From positions 13,826,001 through 13,890,000 of the forward strand of contig CM106585.1 of NCBI GenBank assembly GCA_048013815.1: a stretch of 64,000 nt of DNA, in the 5' to 3' direction. This document shows positions 45,148-59,958 of the stretch, one piece after another. The stretch is from Setoptus koraiensis. Taxonomy: Eukaryota; Animalia; Arthropoda. The translations under genes and the position numbers were made by a program. Positions within the stretch are counted from its first letter, which is position 1. Every line of letters starts with the position of its first letter. The notes beneath the pieces are model-generated. The model saw only the letters and a list, made by a program, of their open reading frames with translations, ran no database searches and was not told where the DNA came from.

Positions 45148-47280
45148 CGAGAGGCGCCCACGCCGGCACCCACAAGCGGAGCGTGAAAATTGATTGGCGC
45201 CGCTCGGAGCGCATGCGGCGCGGCCGCCCGACAGCGCGAGGGAGTCAAGATGTTGCACTGGTTTTGAATTACTGCTGCTGGCCGGTCCGCGCCGGGCCGG
45301 CCCAAGCGAATCACTGTGCCATGTCGGGTCGTGGCGCCACTCGAGCCGCCTGGTCGCGCCGCAATCGGCGCAACGGCCAACAAATATGCTTGTGGCCACT
45401 CTTGTGACGCTCAGCCAGTGGCGCCCATTAATCATAATCCGGCCGCTGGAGCCCAGTGGCCGGCACCCAAGTGCCAGCCGCACAATGTCGCCACTTTGGC
45501 GCTGCTCCCAATTGATGTGTAAATATTGCTCGTTGTTGTGGTTGCCGTTGTTGTGGTTGCCGTTGTTGTGGTTGTGGTTGTTGTTGTTGTTGTTGTGGTT
45601 GTTGTTGTGGTTGTGGTTGTTGTTGTTGTCGCTGTCGCTGTTGCCGTCGCCGTTGTCGCTGTTGTTGCTGTCGCTGCTGACCGCAACAACAATATTTTTG
45701 CGCGACTCGCAACTATGCTGGTCGCCACTCACTCATTGACCCCTAATTAAAAGGCCATTCTTTTATATTCGTCGTGCATCCCGTCGCACGGTTGCGGGCC
45801 GCACCGACGCCAGCGCCACGCCGCGCCCGGCTCGCGAAGCTTGCCGCGCCGGTCGCCGCGGGGGCGTGCCCCCGACGCGACCGGTTATCTCAATGAATTT
45901 CGTTGAGATGGCCCCCGAACGATAACATGGCAATGCTAATATGACACAGATAACACAACAAACGTTGCTGGTGAGCTCACGCGGCTCACGCGGATCAAGC
46001 GGCTCAAGCGGCCCATGCGGCCCATGCGGATCATACGGATCGGGCGGCCCGCACGGCTGACGCGGCTCGGACGATGCGCGTTCGCACGATGGGAGCCCCA
46101 GCGGCGCGGCGCGGCGCGACTCGACTCCGACAGCGAGCGCCGCTGCGATTCGCGCCGGGCACGCGTTGCCTTGGTCACGGTTGCATGCGCGCCGTGACGA
46201 CCCTTCCGTTTGTTGGCCCGATCGCCACTGTCCGGTCGGGTTCAGTTGGTTTAAAATGCGCCATTAATGCCCAGCAAACTGTCGCCCGCGCGCGCTATCT
46301 GTGAATATCTGTGTGCGTGTGCCGAGTCTATTTGCACAGTCTCTTGATTTCTGGGAGCCTCAGCGCGGGCCTCTCAAGCGTCTGAAACGGTTTTGAATAC
46401 ATGCGACAGTCCGCGCAAATTGCTGCTGCGGCCACCGATTGGCCGCGAATTGTGAACGCGCAACGGTCAGCACTGGTCACTTTTGGTGGGCGCTGTGCCA
46501 CGGATTGTGTTGCGTTGTTGTCGGCCAGTTTGGCCGCCAGGGCGCCCGATGAGCTCAAACAGAGATATAAACTGTCCGCTGGCCACGCTGACAGTGGCCA
46601 CTGTCAATGTTGGCTGGCCGCATCTCTCAGCGACAGCGGGGCCCAGATTTGAGCCACTCGTGGCCTCAAGTGAGAGCTTAAACGGCCAATTTTGGCACAC
46701 TGACCCAGCAGTGAGCCAGTGGCGCCCGACGGACACGCCGGCCGCTAATAAACATTGGCGATTGGTGCTCGTTTTTGGGCAGTTGTCATCGTGTCTGGGA
46801 ATTGGCGTCGTGTTTGGGCGAATTGTCGTTGCCTAGTTGTGTCGGGCCCAGCGAGCGTTGCGCCCGTCGCGCTGCCCAATATTTATTTTGTGTGTAAATT
46901 TGAATTTGATTGCGTCATTACGATCGGCGTGTTTATATTGCGCGTTATGTGATTGCTTCCCATAACGGAACACGACGACGACGACGACAATTGCGCAATG
47001 TCGACAACAATTGCGCAATGCCCACGACACCGGTCGCGCCATCGCCAGGCAACTGGCCTAAAACAAGAGCACGTTCACAGGAATTATGCAATCAACGAGA
47101 GCGCCGCTAATCAAACAGCCACGACCGTGCGCTAATTTAACGCTCATTATCTGCATGTTTGATCTAGTTTGCCCGTTGCGCTGACCGGCCCATGTGACAT
47201 GTCCGGCGCGGCTTGCGATATCAATTATTATTGCATCACGGCGACGTCCATTCGCGTCGCCGTTGTCGCCGTTGTCGCCG

Positions 47281-47312
<32 letters not shown>

Positions 47313-49190
47313 GCCGTTGATTCAGCACGAGCGGCCAAATTAACGGCCAGAGAAGTTCGCCAGACAAGTTCACACGGCTTCGCATGGCTGCAAATTGGCC
47401 CGACTCGCCGACGACCACCGCCAGGCGCCCGCTGACCCAATTGATCTGATTTCAGCTTAAGCCCGCTGCCGCCACATGACATTTGGGCCCAACGTGCGCC
47501 TGTCGGTGCAATTTTAAAGCTCGAAACTCGGCTAACAAGCGAGATGCAGATTGAGTCGCCGGCCACCTAATGATCGCTGCTAATGGTCTGTTCGGGCGCT
47601 CACCGGCGCCCACTTTGGCCCATTTTATCCGCTCGGTGCACCGGTCGCACCGGTGATATCGCTTATATATATCAAGTTATATATCAAGTTATATATCAAG
47701 TGGCACTAGCGGCACAAAAGTAACTGTGCCAAAATGCACGACTATAGGTCGCCCGCGATCAGCTGCGCTCGTTGGCGTGGCCTCACTTGGCCGGCGAGTC
47801 GCTCGGTGTCACGGGCGAAATGGCGCAGCTCTATGGCGAGCCAGCCGTGCTCGTCATAGAGCAGCGCCATGGAGCCAGCCGAGCTGATTGTGCGGCCGGC
47901 GGCCAGACCGCCGCTCGACCGCCGCCGTCCCGACAGCCGGCAGCGGCGGCGGCCACTGTCGGCGGCCGCTGGCTCGGTCGCGCCAGCGGTAAGTGGCAGC
48001 GGCCCAAAACGGAAGTGCGCAACTTGAAATGATGAATAACAGTAAATCAGTATGCGCGCACGCCGGCCAACAATCGCGCGTCATTAGTATTCATGTGTGC
48101 GCCAAAACAACGACAACCGCGCAAGGCCCGCAACGGGTCCCGCCGGCTGGTGCCGGCGCACCGCGAGCACACCGGCGCTAGTGTCACCGTCGGTCGGTCG
48201 GCCGGCCCGTCAATTTGCAAATGACTCTCTCTGGCTCTGGCCCGGCCGCCGCCTGGCGAGACTCCGCCTGCGTCATGGTCGCTCGCGGCGACGCGCCGTG
48301 TCGCTAGGTCCGGATATATCCGGATGTATGTATATTGTTTCGCGGCGGGCTCGCGCAATGCACAGCGGGCCCTGAGCGGCGGGCGCCGGCCAGGTCACGT
48401 TTGTTTGTTTGTTTTTTTTTTGCGCACGACGCCAACAAACGTCTCTATTATCCGGTGATCCGGTGATTATGTCATACTGAGCCGACTGGCCGCCGGTCAT
48501 ATTCATAACGAGTCGGTTGGCGCACGTTGCCACTGGTCGATACAGCTCTGTCCGGAGTGCGGAGTGCGGACAGAGCTGTATTGGGGTCACACAGTTTAAA
48601 CGTGATTATAGTTGTCGCAACGCGCACATTACGCAACAATGATAATGGCAACGACAATGGCAGCGACTCACATGAATGAAATTAGCCACAAGTCATTTGC
48701 TGAGATACGCGGCCCGTGGTCAGTGTCCTCTGTGTCCGGCCACTGACGCAATTCGCTGGCGCAATCTCTCGACTGTTCGCGTGCGATTGTCGGAGCTGTC
48801 GATGCCCGCAGCGTCGACACCCGCACCCGCACCCGGTCGCCGGTCGGCCCGGTCCAGCATTTCACCACCAGGGTCGGAAATGACCCCGGCGCCATTTCGA
48901 ATTTGGCGCGCGCCGCAAGCTTCGCTGCCAACTTCAACTGGCTGTACGTTTTTATTTATCCCTACTCGTATCTATTTGTACTGGCCATGGTAAGCCGATG
49001 TTTTTATACTACATGCCGTGCACATAATGCGCGACACATGCCGCCGTATTTATATGCATCGTCTCGTATATCGTCGTTGTCGCTGCCGGGCCCCCGTTGT
49101 GGCGACGCCACGCCGAGCAGCGATAATTGAGGCGGCCAAGAGGCGCGGCTCGCATCGACGAAGCGCCTCCGTTCGCAGCTCGCCCGCCTC

Positions 49191-49280
49191 GCCGTGTCTC
49201 TTCGAGTCTCTTCGAATCTCTTCGATTCTTTTCGAGTCTCTTCGAGTCTCGCCGTGCCTCGCCGTGTCTCGCCGTGAGCC
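49191..49280. repeat. 10-bp-period compound array: GCCGTGTCTC, TTCGA(G/A/T)TCTC x5, then GCCGTG-type units x3
   Basis: Read directly. Confidence 0.85.
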
Positions 49281-52200
49281 TGGCGAGACATGGCAAGACG
49301 GGCGAGACACGGCGAGGCGCCAATGGCGAGTCGCGCTTGGAGAGACGCCAATGTCGCCAATTTAGCGGGCCAATTTTCACATTGGCGCTAAATGTTGTCG
49401 CAGTTGTTGTTGCTGTTGTTGTCGCTGATTGTTGTTGTTGTGGCAGTTGTTGCTGTTGTTGTGGCAGTTGTTGCTGTTGTTGTCGCTGATTGGCGGCCTG
49501 TGCATTGTTTGCGCTCGTCGCCTATATTACGCAACGCACCAACCACGGGCCAACAGCAACGACGAGGCGACAGCAACAACGAGCCAACAGCAACGACGAG
49601 CCAACAACAACTACAACAACAACGTTTGATGGTTCAATTTGCTTGATTGTGTGCGCGCGTTATCTCTCTATTAGTATTAGTATCAGTTATCTCCGTCGGG
49701 GCGCTTCCTCCAGCCACCAGATAACAACGACAGCTTATAGGGCCCCCCGTTTGCCGCTTGGCTCCCACCAGCAGCCACGCCAACGGCTGTTAATGGGAGT
49801 AACAGCAGCGCCGGCCACATTCCAAATCATGATCCCGCGTTAGCGATCCCGCGTCAGAGGTCCCGCGTTAGAGGCCCCGTGTTAAAGATGATAAATATCA
49901 CTATCTCGTCCGTCGTCTAGTTTGCCGGCCGCTGCTCAACGAAGCATTCACTAAAAATACAACAACGCCCAGTGTTTGTATCAACTGGCGCCGGCAAACT
50001 AACTGACACAACAAACTACTAATACAATATAAAATTATATATTACATAAGCTCGCGTATGTGGCAGCCCTCGTGTTTGCAATATCAAGCCATTGATACTG
50101 CTGAAGTGAACGGCCAGCCAACAACAACAGATAGAACTGATAGCGACCATCAGACCATTGGACCGTCATCGGGCCGGCCCGTGGCGCCGCCTGGTGAGGG
50201 GTCTCGTGGCTGGCCTGTGTGGCTGTGTATGTGGCCGCCAGAGTCGCGACAGTCGCTATAGTCATCGACTCTATGCCAGCCATGTACTGGCAGCCAGTGG
50301 CAATAAAGTAGTATTTGTTTGCAGTGAGCTAGGCGCCTATAATGGCACCTATAGCGGCAATGCATGACGCAAAAGGCGCCATTAATGACGCAATCGGGCC
50401 ACTTAAGATTATATATTATATTATGCCTACTACTGTCGCCGTTGTTGTTGTTGTCGCTGTTGTTGTCGCTGTTGTTGTCGCTGTTGTTGTTGTTGCTGTT
50501 GTCACTGTCGTTGTTGCTGTTGTTGTTGCTGCCGCTTGGATAGTCAGGGCAAGAGAGTTGACTGTGTGTGTTGAGCTGGCAATTGTAGACGACGAGCTAT
50601 CTATTACGATTGCTCGTCGTTATTGTTGTTGTTTGGTTGTGCTGCTGCTGCTGCTGCTTGACAAACCATCTACATCAATTGGCACATCCCATTAACATCG
50701 CCGGCCCCAAGCTGCACGGCACACAACCGAGCCAGTTGTTGTCGCCGTTGTTGTTGTTGTTGCTGCTGTCGCTGTTGTTGCTGTTGCTGTTGTGTCAAGA
50801 GGCCCCGAGCACGCAATGCGACAAACAGGCTCGATCAAGCGTCTGGCCCCAGTTTGGCTGGCTATTGCTGTTTATGGTGGCGTCGTCGTCGTCGTCGTCG
50901 TCTCATATTGCACACAAGCAAACAAACAAACAAATACCACACAAGGACGCCAACCCAGCAGCGGCACACATAACGACTCACCTACGTTACGTAATGGCAA
51001 GAGTGGCCGTTCGAGGGCAGCCTATTGACACAATCAAGTGAGTGTTTGCGTGGCCCAACCAACACACGATACGACGCGACGCGACACGACGCGTCACGAC
51101 ACGACACACACAAACAACAACATTTATTTATCATGGGGGCGCCTTGTCGGCCTATATGCGCGCCCACATGATTGGGGCCCGTGTGTCACTTATAAATGGC
51201 TGCTTGTATCGACACATTTTGTCTCCATCTGGCGGTGAGCGCCAAAGGTGATGGCGCCCAGCCAAATAATAGGTATTTTTGGGCCGTCGTCGTGACGCTC
51301 GCCAGAGAAAATAATAATGATCGCCTTATACATGCTCATATATAGTAACTATTGCGATCACGCGATCGCCGCTGTCCATGTATATCTTGAGTCTGTGTAC
51401 AGCGTTGGATGGCCGAATAGTTGTCGCCGTTAGCCGTTGTTGTTGCCGTTGTTGTTGTTGTTGTTGTGGTTGTTGTTGTTGTTGTTGCTGTTGTTGCTGC
51501 GGTCGCTGATGATGCTGTTGATGTTGCTGCTTGCGGCCGCTCTACGACAACAACATTGCGTAACAAGGAATAGCAGCAATAGCTGTCAGCGGCCCCTCGA
51601 CTGGCATGCAACTCGATACTCATTGATGCAAATGCCCGAATGCAGCGCCAATACATCATCACCCAAACATGAGCCTGCTATCATCAACAATGACATACAC
51701 ACATACACAATCAGCGACAGCATCGTGCGTGCTATAGGTGAACTTCCGGTGGCGCCACAATCGCCGCAAAAACACTGGCGCTGGTGAGCACTCGACAAAA
51801 CAACACAGAGTTGCCGTTGTTTGTTTAATTCACAAACGCACCGCATAGATTAGCGCCCATTAATATGGTCGCTGGCATGTATATATACTATGTGTGCACT
51901 GGCAGTAATGGGGGCAGCTCGGCAATCACAACCAAGCTGGCGAGTTGGCTCAAGTGGCTCCACCTGAGCCCACTGCAACTTATCATTAGGCCGGCATTGC
52001 GCAACACACGCTGATAGTGATACGTTGCTGCTGTTATAAACAAACACGGCCAAACATAATTATTATTGGTGCCACACACGATTAGCCGCGTTGATGAGCG
52101 CATCGCGTGCCACCGTCCGCTCGCCGGATCCCGTCACTTCTGGCCGGCACCCACTCGGCCGCTGAGCCCGCTCGCCTCGTTGCCGGCCGGCCCGCTCGCT

Positions 52201-55200
52201 TGTTACAGATCGCGGATCATAATCCGCTGGCCGGCCCGCAAAACGGCAAACAGACACGCCAAATAGACGGAGCGACGCGCCGGATACAGTGACAGACACA
52301 TCCAGATTCATGTGTGAATCTGTATGAGCGATATTTCGCTGGGCCGAGCCAACAAACAACAATTAATCGTGTGCACAGCACACTTTTGCACAGATCGATA
52401 ACGAGCGCCCCGGGGCCTGACCCGAGCCGCCGGTCTCAGACCGGCGGTCTGGCCATAAAAATTGTTGTGTTTGTTTTAAACATTGCCTTCGTTGTGCTCC
52501 CAACAAACTATAAACTGTGCCAACAAATGAATAAACTGGCTCGCGTTATCTGTGCGCCATCTCTGTCGAGCGCAGCCAATTATTTACTGCCCCATTTACG
52601 TATATTTTTTGTATATTTTTATTTATTTAGTTATCGGCCTCAGTCGTATATGAGTTAGCCGAAGCCCGCAAACGAGTGACCAAACAAGCGCTGCTCGGTC
52701 AATAATAATCACACTAATTGGCTGTCTAGACGCCGGCCATTTTTATGCAAAACGCATGCACTTGTCGGGCGTTTGTTTGTTTGTTTGTGTGTTTGTGTGA
52801 CGTAACAAAATGGGCAACGGGCACTCACTACTACTAGTGATTCGCTAGTAGTGAATCACTAGGCTGCGGACGTGGCTCCCTCTCTCGGTGAGAGGCGCAC
52901 TACATGTGAGGCAGCAATGGTGCCAATATTTGGCGTTTCACACTGCACTTACTTCACTGGTTCACAAGTGGGAGTTGCCTAGCGACGAGAGCGCAAACAA
53001 GTTGATTAGCATGTCCATTTCATGATTTAGTATCGCATCGTTAGACGGATTAAATTAATTATAATGAATTTTTTTTTTGTTGTGACAATCCCCGTCATGC
53101 CATTCTATGGCGATTCCATCGACACTCACGACATATCACAATTACAGATGCCGGTTAATTGCCCAATTTCCGGTATGTATCACGAGCTTATTAGCACTAT
53201 CAAAAGTGTATTACACAATATCAGTGAACAATTTTGTGTGTGATAGTGTTAGTTGGCGACACCGGCCGCTCGGGTTTGGGCGCCCATCGGTCGCACATCC
53301 GTGACGCAACGCATTGCAATTGTACTCGTCATACTTGCATCATATGTTCGTCTTGATACAAATGTATGTAATTTATGTAATATGAGTCACATTGTGTGCA
53401 AGTGAGCACAGTAATTAATGGCAGAAGGTGGTCGGCGGCGAGACTTGGGTGATTTGTTTGTTGCGATTTGCATTTTCCGGATGCGGCCGCTGTGATTGCG
53501 ATCGCAAATGCGAGCAGAATGGTCTTGAGAGTGCGTGCGCTTATTAGGCGCCATTAAAGGCAACTAAAGGCAACTAAATGCAACTAATGGCGGCTCATTA
53601 TTGCATTGTGGCCCGACGAGACACTCACCTGTGCGCTGTGCAACAGGTGGAAAGTGTCGGTTGCCTTGGAAACGGGCGCTGCCAGCAACCGCCGACTGCT
53701 GCCGGCGACTGCCGACGATAGCAGCAACAACAACAACGACGCCAACGACAACAACAGCAACAACATTGAGCTCTCGGCCGGAGCGGCTAAGTGGCCCGGC
53801 GCCCGTCTGGCCGCGCTCTCATGATTCATGGCGAAACTGGCCCGCAAGTGGGCAGCCTACCTGTTCGCAAGGTTCGCAAGGTTCGCGAGGTTCGCAAGGT
53901 TCGCAAGGTGTGCTGCCGAATACCGCTGCCCATGGACACGGTAATATTCAAATCGCTGCCGGCCACCCAGCGACGCCGAGACGCATCACTTGTCGCCTAT
54001 TAGCACGCCACTCGCCAGTTGAAACGGCCAGAATTATAACGAGATCACACACACAAACGAACAAACAAACAAACAAACAAGTTATTATCTGTAATGAGCA
54101 ACAACTTTTATTTTTGCTCGCTCGCTCACTCGCCTGCCCATCCGACTCGTCGGACGGCCGGCTCATTGGACGGCGACTCGTCGGACGGCGGCTCATCGGA
54201 CTCGCCCTCCTGGCCACTTTCTCGGCCGAGCAGCCGCCGCAATCCCACTGCTCGCCGACGGCCCGCCCACCCCCGGCGCAGCCACCAACGAGGCGCCGGC
54301 GCCACTCACCTGGCGACACCGCCGGTCGTGGCTACCAACTGGCCCAGCGGCGCGCAACCGCTGCCCGTTGCCCGAATGGCGCGCCATTATTCCCAATTAT
54401 CATCATCACTTATAATTTATACTTAATTTATAACTAGCGAGTGCCCACTCGGCGCAGTTCCCCCATTTCCAGTTGTGCTGTTGTTGTTGTTGTCGTTGTT
54501 GTTGCTGTTGCTGTTGCTGTTGTTGCTGTTGTTGCTGCTGTTGCATGTCTGGCCGGCTCGTCGGCCGCTCGCCAGGCGCATAATGGTCGTGATAATCGGC
54601 CCGCTCGCTCCGTCGCAGGCCGGCTTGCGTGGGGCGCCGCGCTCGAGGCGCCACCTGTGCCGTGGGCTGCAAATTTTTGGAAATTTTAGGAAATTTTTGG
54701 AAACTTTCGGAAATTTTTGCACTCTTGTCCGAGACGCAAACGCCTGCCGGACGCAACGAGCAAACAAGCAAACGATCCGGCCAAATCGGCACAGATTGCT
54801 GCGGCTCCTATTATATTGCTGCGGCGCAGCAATATAATAGTATCATCTGTCTCATTATCATGATGACCACCATGGCCGGCGTGGCATTGTGTGCCACACA
54901 CAGACACTGACCACCGAAAGTCGAAACAAGTTGGCGTCGCAACTGGAGCAGCCACTTACCTGGCCACTTCTCTGCCTGGCCGCAAGTGGCCTTACCTGCT
55001 CTCATGGCACGCCGCATATCCAGGTAGCCGCCTATAAAGCCAATGCGAGCCGCGCACAAACAAAGCGCCATCATAATCACGACCGGCCGCCATGATTAAC
55101 GTAACGCTCGTCCGCTCAGGTGAGCTCGTCATCATGATGAGCAGCATCTTCCTGTCTGCAGTTGGCCAAACCAGTTTTTTGCTGGCCGGCCGGCGCTGTT

Positions 55201-58026
55201 AGTTGCCCGGTGACTCTAGTCTGCAGACTAACTGTGCTGCCAATTCCAACACAAACAAACAAACAAACAAACAAACGCGCTCGCACGTTATCGCCGCCAC
55301 CGCCGTGCCAATTCAGACTCCGGCCGGTCACTAGCGATCGGCGCTAGTCACGCCCTCCGCGAGCGCTAACGAGCCCGAGCAGCGGCGCCTCACCACCGCC
55401 GACAAGCAATCAAATTGGCGCTTGGCGCGCCGCGACCCAGTCGGCCGGCCCGGCACCAGATGACCGGCGCAACAGCTCGGCGCGGCTCCGCTGCGGCCCG
55501 CAACTCGGTTCGTGCCGCTGGCCTCGCCACATGAACAAACAGTCAAACAGTTTGCACTCCGACGGGCAAACTTCTGGCCAGCGCCCAGCGGTTGCCCGCT
55601 CGCTCGATCGTCGCGGGCTCGGTTCGCGGGCGCCACGCGCAGCCACTCGAGACCCGAACCGGCGCACGGTCGAGCCTGCGGACCCACGACCCTCAAACTG
55701 GCCACTTTGCGAGGGTCCGAATTCGCGAGCGTCCGAACGTTCGAACTGGCGCATTTGCGAACGCTCGGATTGCCCAACAGTCAAGTTTGGAGTGTCCGAA
55801 TTTTTTATTAATGTTGTGGTGACAGCTGCTGCTCGCGGCGCTCTCGTTCGGCTCGTGCAAGCGCCACACGCTGATAGGCGAACGTGGATGCCAACGGGCT
55901 CGCAAAACCGACAACGAGCTTCTAAAACAATCCGCTGTTGGCACGACCGTGACTGACGCACTGGCCAGCGGTCGCGACAACCACAGCGACAGCAACAACA
56001 ACAACAGCGACAACAGCAACAACAACAGCAACAGCAACAGCAACAGCAACAACGACAACGACAACAACACACTGAACGTGGGGCAAACAGCGTCAAACGG
56101 TGAAATGACTGGCAACTCGCAAATCAATTAATCGCGCCCCTCATTCACTGCACTCACTCCGGCAGAGCGTCTCATAGATGGTGGCGCCACCACCTGATGA
56201 ATGCCCGTCCGCTGGCCCCTCGGTATTGGGCCGCGATCTCGCCTGCGGTGTCGCCACGGTCGCCGCTCATTATCACTGGCCGGCCATCACTGGCCGGCGT
56301 GAGCCGGCGCGAAGCCGACAAATCCCATGCACGGTGCGCATTCACTCGAGTGGCTCGAGCCGAGTAGCTCGAGCCGCTCACCTGAGCGAATTGGCCCGCA
56401 GTCGCTCATGATGCGCGCGCTCCATCAATCTATCAGCGGCGAATCGGATGTGCCGACATGCCCACATCAACGCGTCGCAGCGGCTCGTGATGCGAGCGCC
56501 GATCGAGCGACAGCGACGGCCAAACGAGAGCACGGGCCCACCGCAAACCGACCAAACAGAGACATCACCTGGCGCGGGGCCGTTACAACTAATTTATGGC
56601 CGCGATCAGCGGCTGTCAGCGGTTGTTTATTTGGCGAGAGTCGTTTCGCTGGCTGGCTCGTTCAAACTGAATTGAACCATCTCGTTGCGCTCGTCGAGTT
56701 GTTGTTGCCGTGGTTGTTGATGTGGTTGTTGATGTGGTTGTTGGCGTGGTTGTTGGCGTGGTTGTTGCCGCTGTCGCCGTGTTAGTCACCGTTGTCGTTG
56801 TCGCTGTCGTTGAATTAGCACAAACGGTAGTAATTCCAAACTGGCAACTATGCAACGGCGCACAGGTGATAAATTGTGCGCGAGTGTCCGAGGTGGCCCA
56901 CAAGTGGACACCAATTGGCCTTGTTGGCGTCAAACAACGACCCATCGACAACAACTGACCGGCCCAATTTGAGTCAACTGGTCAGCTAATTGCTGCTCGC
57001 TAAATAACTGCGCCAGTGCTGCCAACTGACCAACTCGCCAATGACCACTGCTCACTGTGAGCCGCTTCCTGCCTGGCGCCTGCTGAATGGCGCAATGCAA
57101 TGGCTGAACTGCGCGTTGCGTCATTCATGGCGCGCCATTGTGCGCGCCGTGAGGCGCCGGGCCGGCCAATTGACAAAGGTGTCGACCCATTTGCGGCTGC
57201 CCGACTCGCGCGGACCGACCCGCGGCGGCCCGGCGGGTCGGCAGCCGTGGGTCGGCAGGCGACAGCCAGTGTGGCCACAAAAAGATCGCGACCGAGATTG
57301 GCCAGGGCCACACACTCACAAACGCGCAACCGAGCCGCGTTGTCAGGTATCGGCGGCGAGGGGCGCCCTCCGCGGCGCCCGTCAACAACAAGTGCCGATA
57401 TCAACAACAAACGAGCCGATGCGTCAACAGGTGACTGCCGAAATGGCATGTCGCGCGCATTCTTTGTCGTGTCACAACGGTTGCATTATTGGTGGAGATA
57501 CCTCAAATCGCTCAAATCGCCTGACCATTTGACAAGTCAAAGTGGCCAAAGTGGCCAAAGTGGCCGAAATGGCCAAGCATGCCAAACATGCCAAACACAA
57601 TCATGTGGCTGTCAAATCAGCTGTCAAGTGATCAAAAGTTGCACAGGCCAGTGAGCGCGCGCACCGCCACCTGTCGCTTGTCACCCGACAGTCAGCTGGC
57701 GGTGCGAGCGGAGCCCGAACAGACAACAACAAATGTTGTCAAAAGTGCATCTGCACAGCTGACCGTTATCAGGCGGCCGCTTGCAATGGCCAGCGATGAT
57801 AGATTCCGTCATCGCAATGTCAAGTTCACTGCACAACTCCCACAACTGTCAGCTGTTTGTTTGTGTGACACAACACAAACAACAATCTAACCAGCACATG
57901 ATTTGCTGACAACCTGACAGACGACCACCTATCGACCAGACCCGTCATCATATTTGTTCATGTTTGATACGACACTGTCACAACATGCGCGGCTCACCTG
58001 TTGCGCCCGTGATTGTTTGATTCGGC

Positions 58027-58150
58027 GTTTGCGTTGGTCATTTTGTGTTGGTCATTTTGTGTTTGCGTTGGTCATTTTGTGTTGGTCATTTTGTGTTTGC
58101 GTTGGTCATTTTGTGTTGGTCATTTTGTGTTTGTGTTGGTCATTTTGTGT
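58027..58150. repeat. Higher-order repeat: TTGGTCATTTTGTG x7 with alternating 14/20-bp period (34-bp superunit)
   Basis: TGGTCA at 58035, 58049, 58069, 58083, 58103, 58117, 58137. Confidence 0.95.
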
Positions 58151-59104
58151 CATGTGCAGACTTGCTGTTGCCATTGTGCGGCCGGAGTGGCCGGCCAGCA
58201 TTGCGATATAGGCAGGCGGTGGCCGCAATTGGAGCATGCGGCGATGGTGGCAAAAATTGTAACAACAACAGCGCCGAAACTGGCAACAACAGTCGCTGTT
58301 AGTTGACTTGCGCTGCCATCCAAACTTGACCAGCGACTCAAATTGCCCCCACAGGTCGCCACGACCGACAGTGGACAGTGCACTGGCCAGTTCAACTGAC
58401 CATATCAGTTGGCCGTAGCGCCGGCCGGCGGTCTAAATTGGCTCTAATCACGCAATGACATCTCTTATCAGTCTGTCTAATTATGCAAATAGCGAGTGTC
58501 TCACGTTGTGCAGGCCGCAGCGATTTGCAATTTGTTAGCCGTGTCTGTCTCATTTGTTGTTGTTGTTGTGGTTGTTGCTGTTGCCGCTGTGCCTATAATG
58601 GCCGCCGTGGTGCCCGCAATTCGCGGCCTCGCGTAACCTGACCAACACCAACGCCGACACCAGCGAGCCCTTTGGGCTGTCGAGCGCAACAGGTGCCTAT
58701 ATTGACACAACGCGTTGTTGTGCGTTAACGCCAACCGATGATTGGCTGGCCGCCGCTGGTCGTGAATAATTATTATTGGGCCAGCCATCGAGCGTCGTGA
58801 TTTCGCTCTTTATCCCCCTCGTCGTCGACGTATGATACGAATCACATCCCCTCCCCCCCCCCCGTCGTCGTCGATCATGCCTCGCACAGGCCGCATGAGT
58901 GAGCCCATGCCGACAGGTGAGCTGACCAACAAACAAACCGCACCGAACCGAAATTGACGGCGAGCGACAAGCTCGGGTCAATGGCCACACATGGCTGCGC
59001 AACTAACCTATGCAAATGTGTTATAATCAAATAATCTCGCCACTCGCCTGCCAGCAATAATGGCCCTTTGATGCTGTTGCGCAAGTGCCCGCGCCAGCCA
59101 CTCG

Positions 59105-59155
59105 TTACGCAATAATATCTGTTTACGCAATAATATCTGTTTACGTAATAATATC
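59105..59155. repeat. 18-bp tandem repeat TTACG(C/T)AATAATATCTGT x3
   Basis: TTACGYAA at 59105, 59123, 59141. Confidence 0.95.
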
Positions 59156-59250
59156 CATTTGGTTCTTATGTAATAATGTCTATTCGGTTCGCTCAAATTG
59201 AGTGTTGCCAATAGCGATCGACTGTTTGTGATTTGCATACTTGCTCGCCA

Positions 59251-59303
59251 ACTGACCACTGCCGACTGACCACTGCCGACTGACCACTGCCGACTGACCA
59301 CTG
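59251..59303. repeat. 14-bp tandem repeat ACTGACCACTGCCG x4
   Basis: Read directly. Confidence 0.95.
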
Positions 59304-59958
59304 TCAACTGTCGGCCGGCACGACAACTGTCGAGTCAGACACAAACAACGCCAACAAGGCAAGTGTCACTTGACTGACATATGTCACCGTGTGCGCAGCC
59401 AGTGCAAACGGCCGGCCCGACCAATGGCCAATTTGCGCCAACGGACAAGTGCAACAAGTGGCCGGCAATTGACCAAAGTTGGTGTGATGCGTGAGGCGCC
59501 CCCTAGGCCCACACGCTTGACACTCATAAAAACATTTGAACATTGCACATTTCACGATGCCCACAATAACAACTGTGTCGGGTATGCTGAACAAATAGGA
59601 GCAACCTTGAAATATATTTATTTATCCCGCTCTTAAATGGATTTGAAATGCTGAAAAATTTTGCTCCACTTTGGTTGGCCAATTTTACGACCATTGCGCA
59701 ATGAAATGGCCATTGGTCGTGGCGCGGCCACACACAATCCACGGTCGCTTCTACGGCGTCAAATAACTCACCATGGATGCGTCCGACACACACACACACT
59801 TACCTGTGCGACTTGCCCGCAACTTGCCTGTAACTCACCTGTAAATTGCATTGCAACAGCCCGCAGGTGAGCTACAGGCCACAGGCAAATTTTGGTGTGT
59901 TGCCACTTTTGTCGACCATCATACGCAGTGCTTGTGTGCGTGCCACGGCATTATAAGC

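Noticed and set aside
58027-58150. Regular repeat arrays as possible CRISPR-like loci
   Set aside because: Eukaryotic context, no unique spacers, no cas genes; these are plain tandem repeats.
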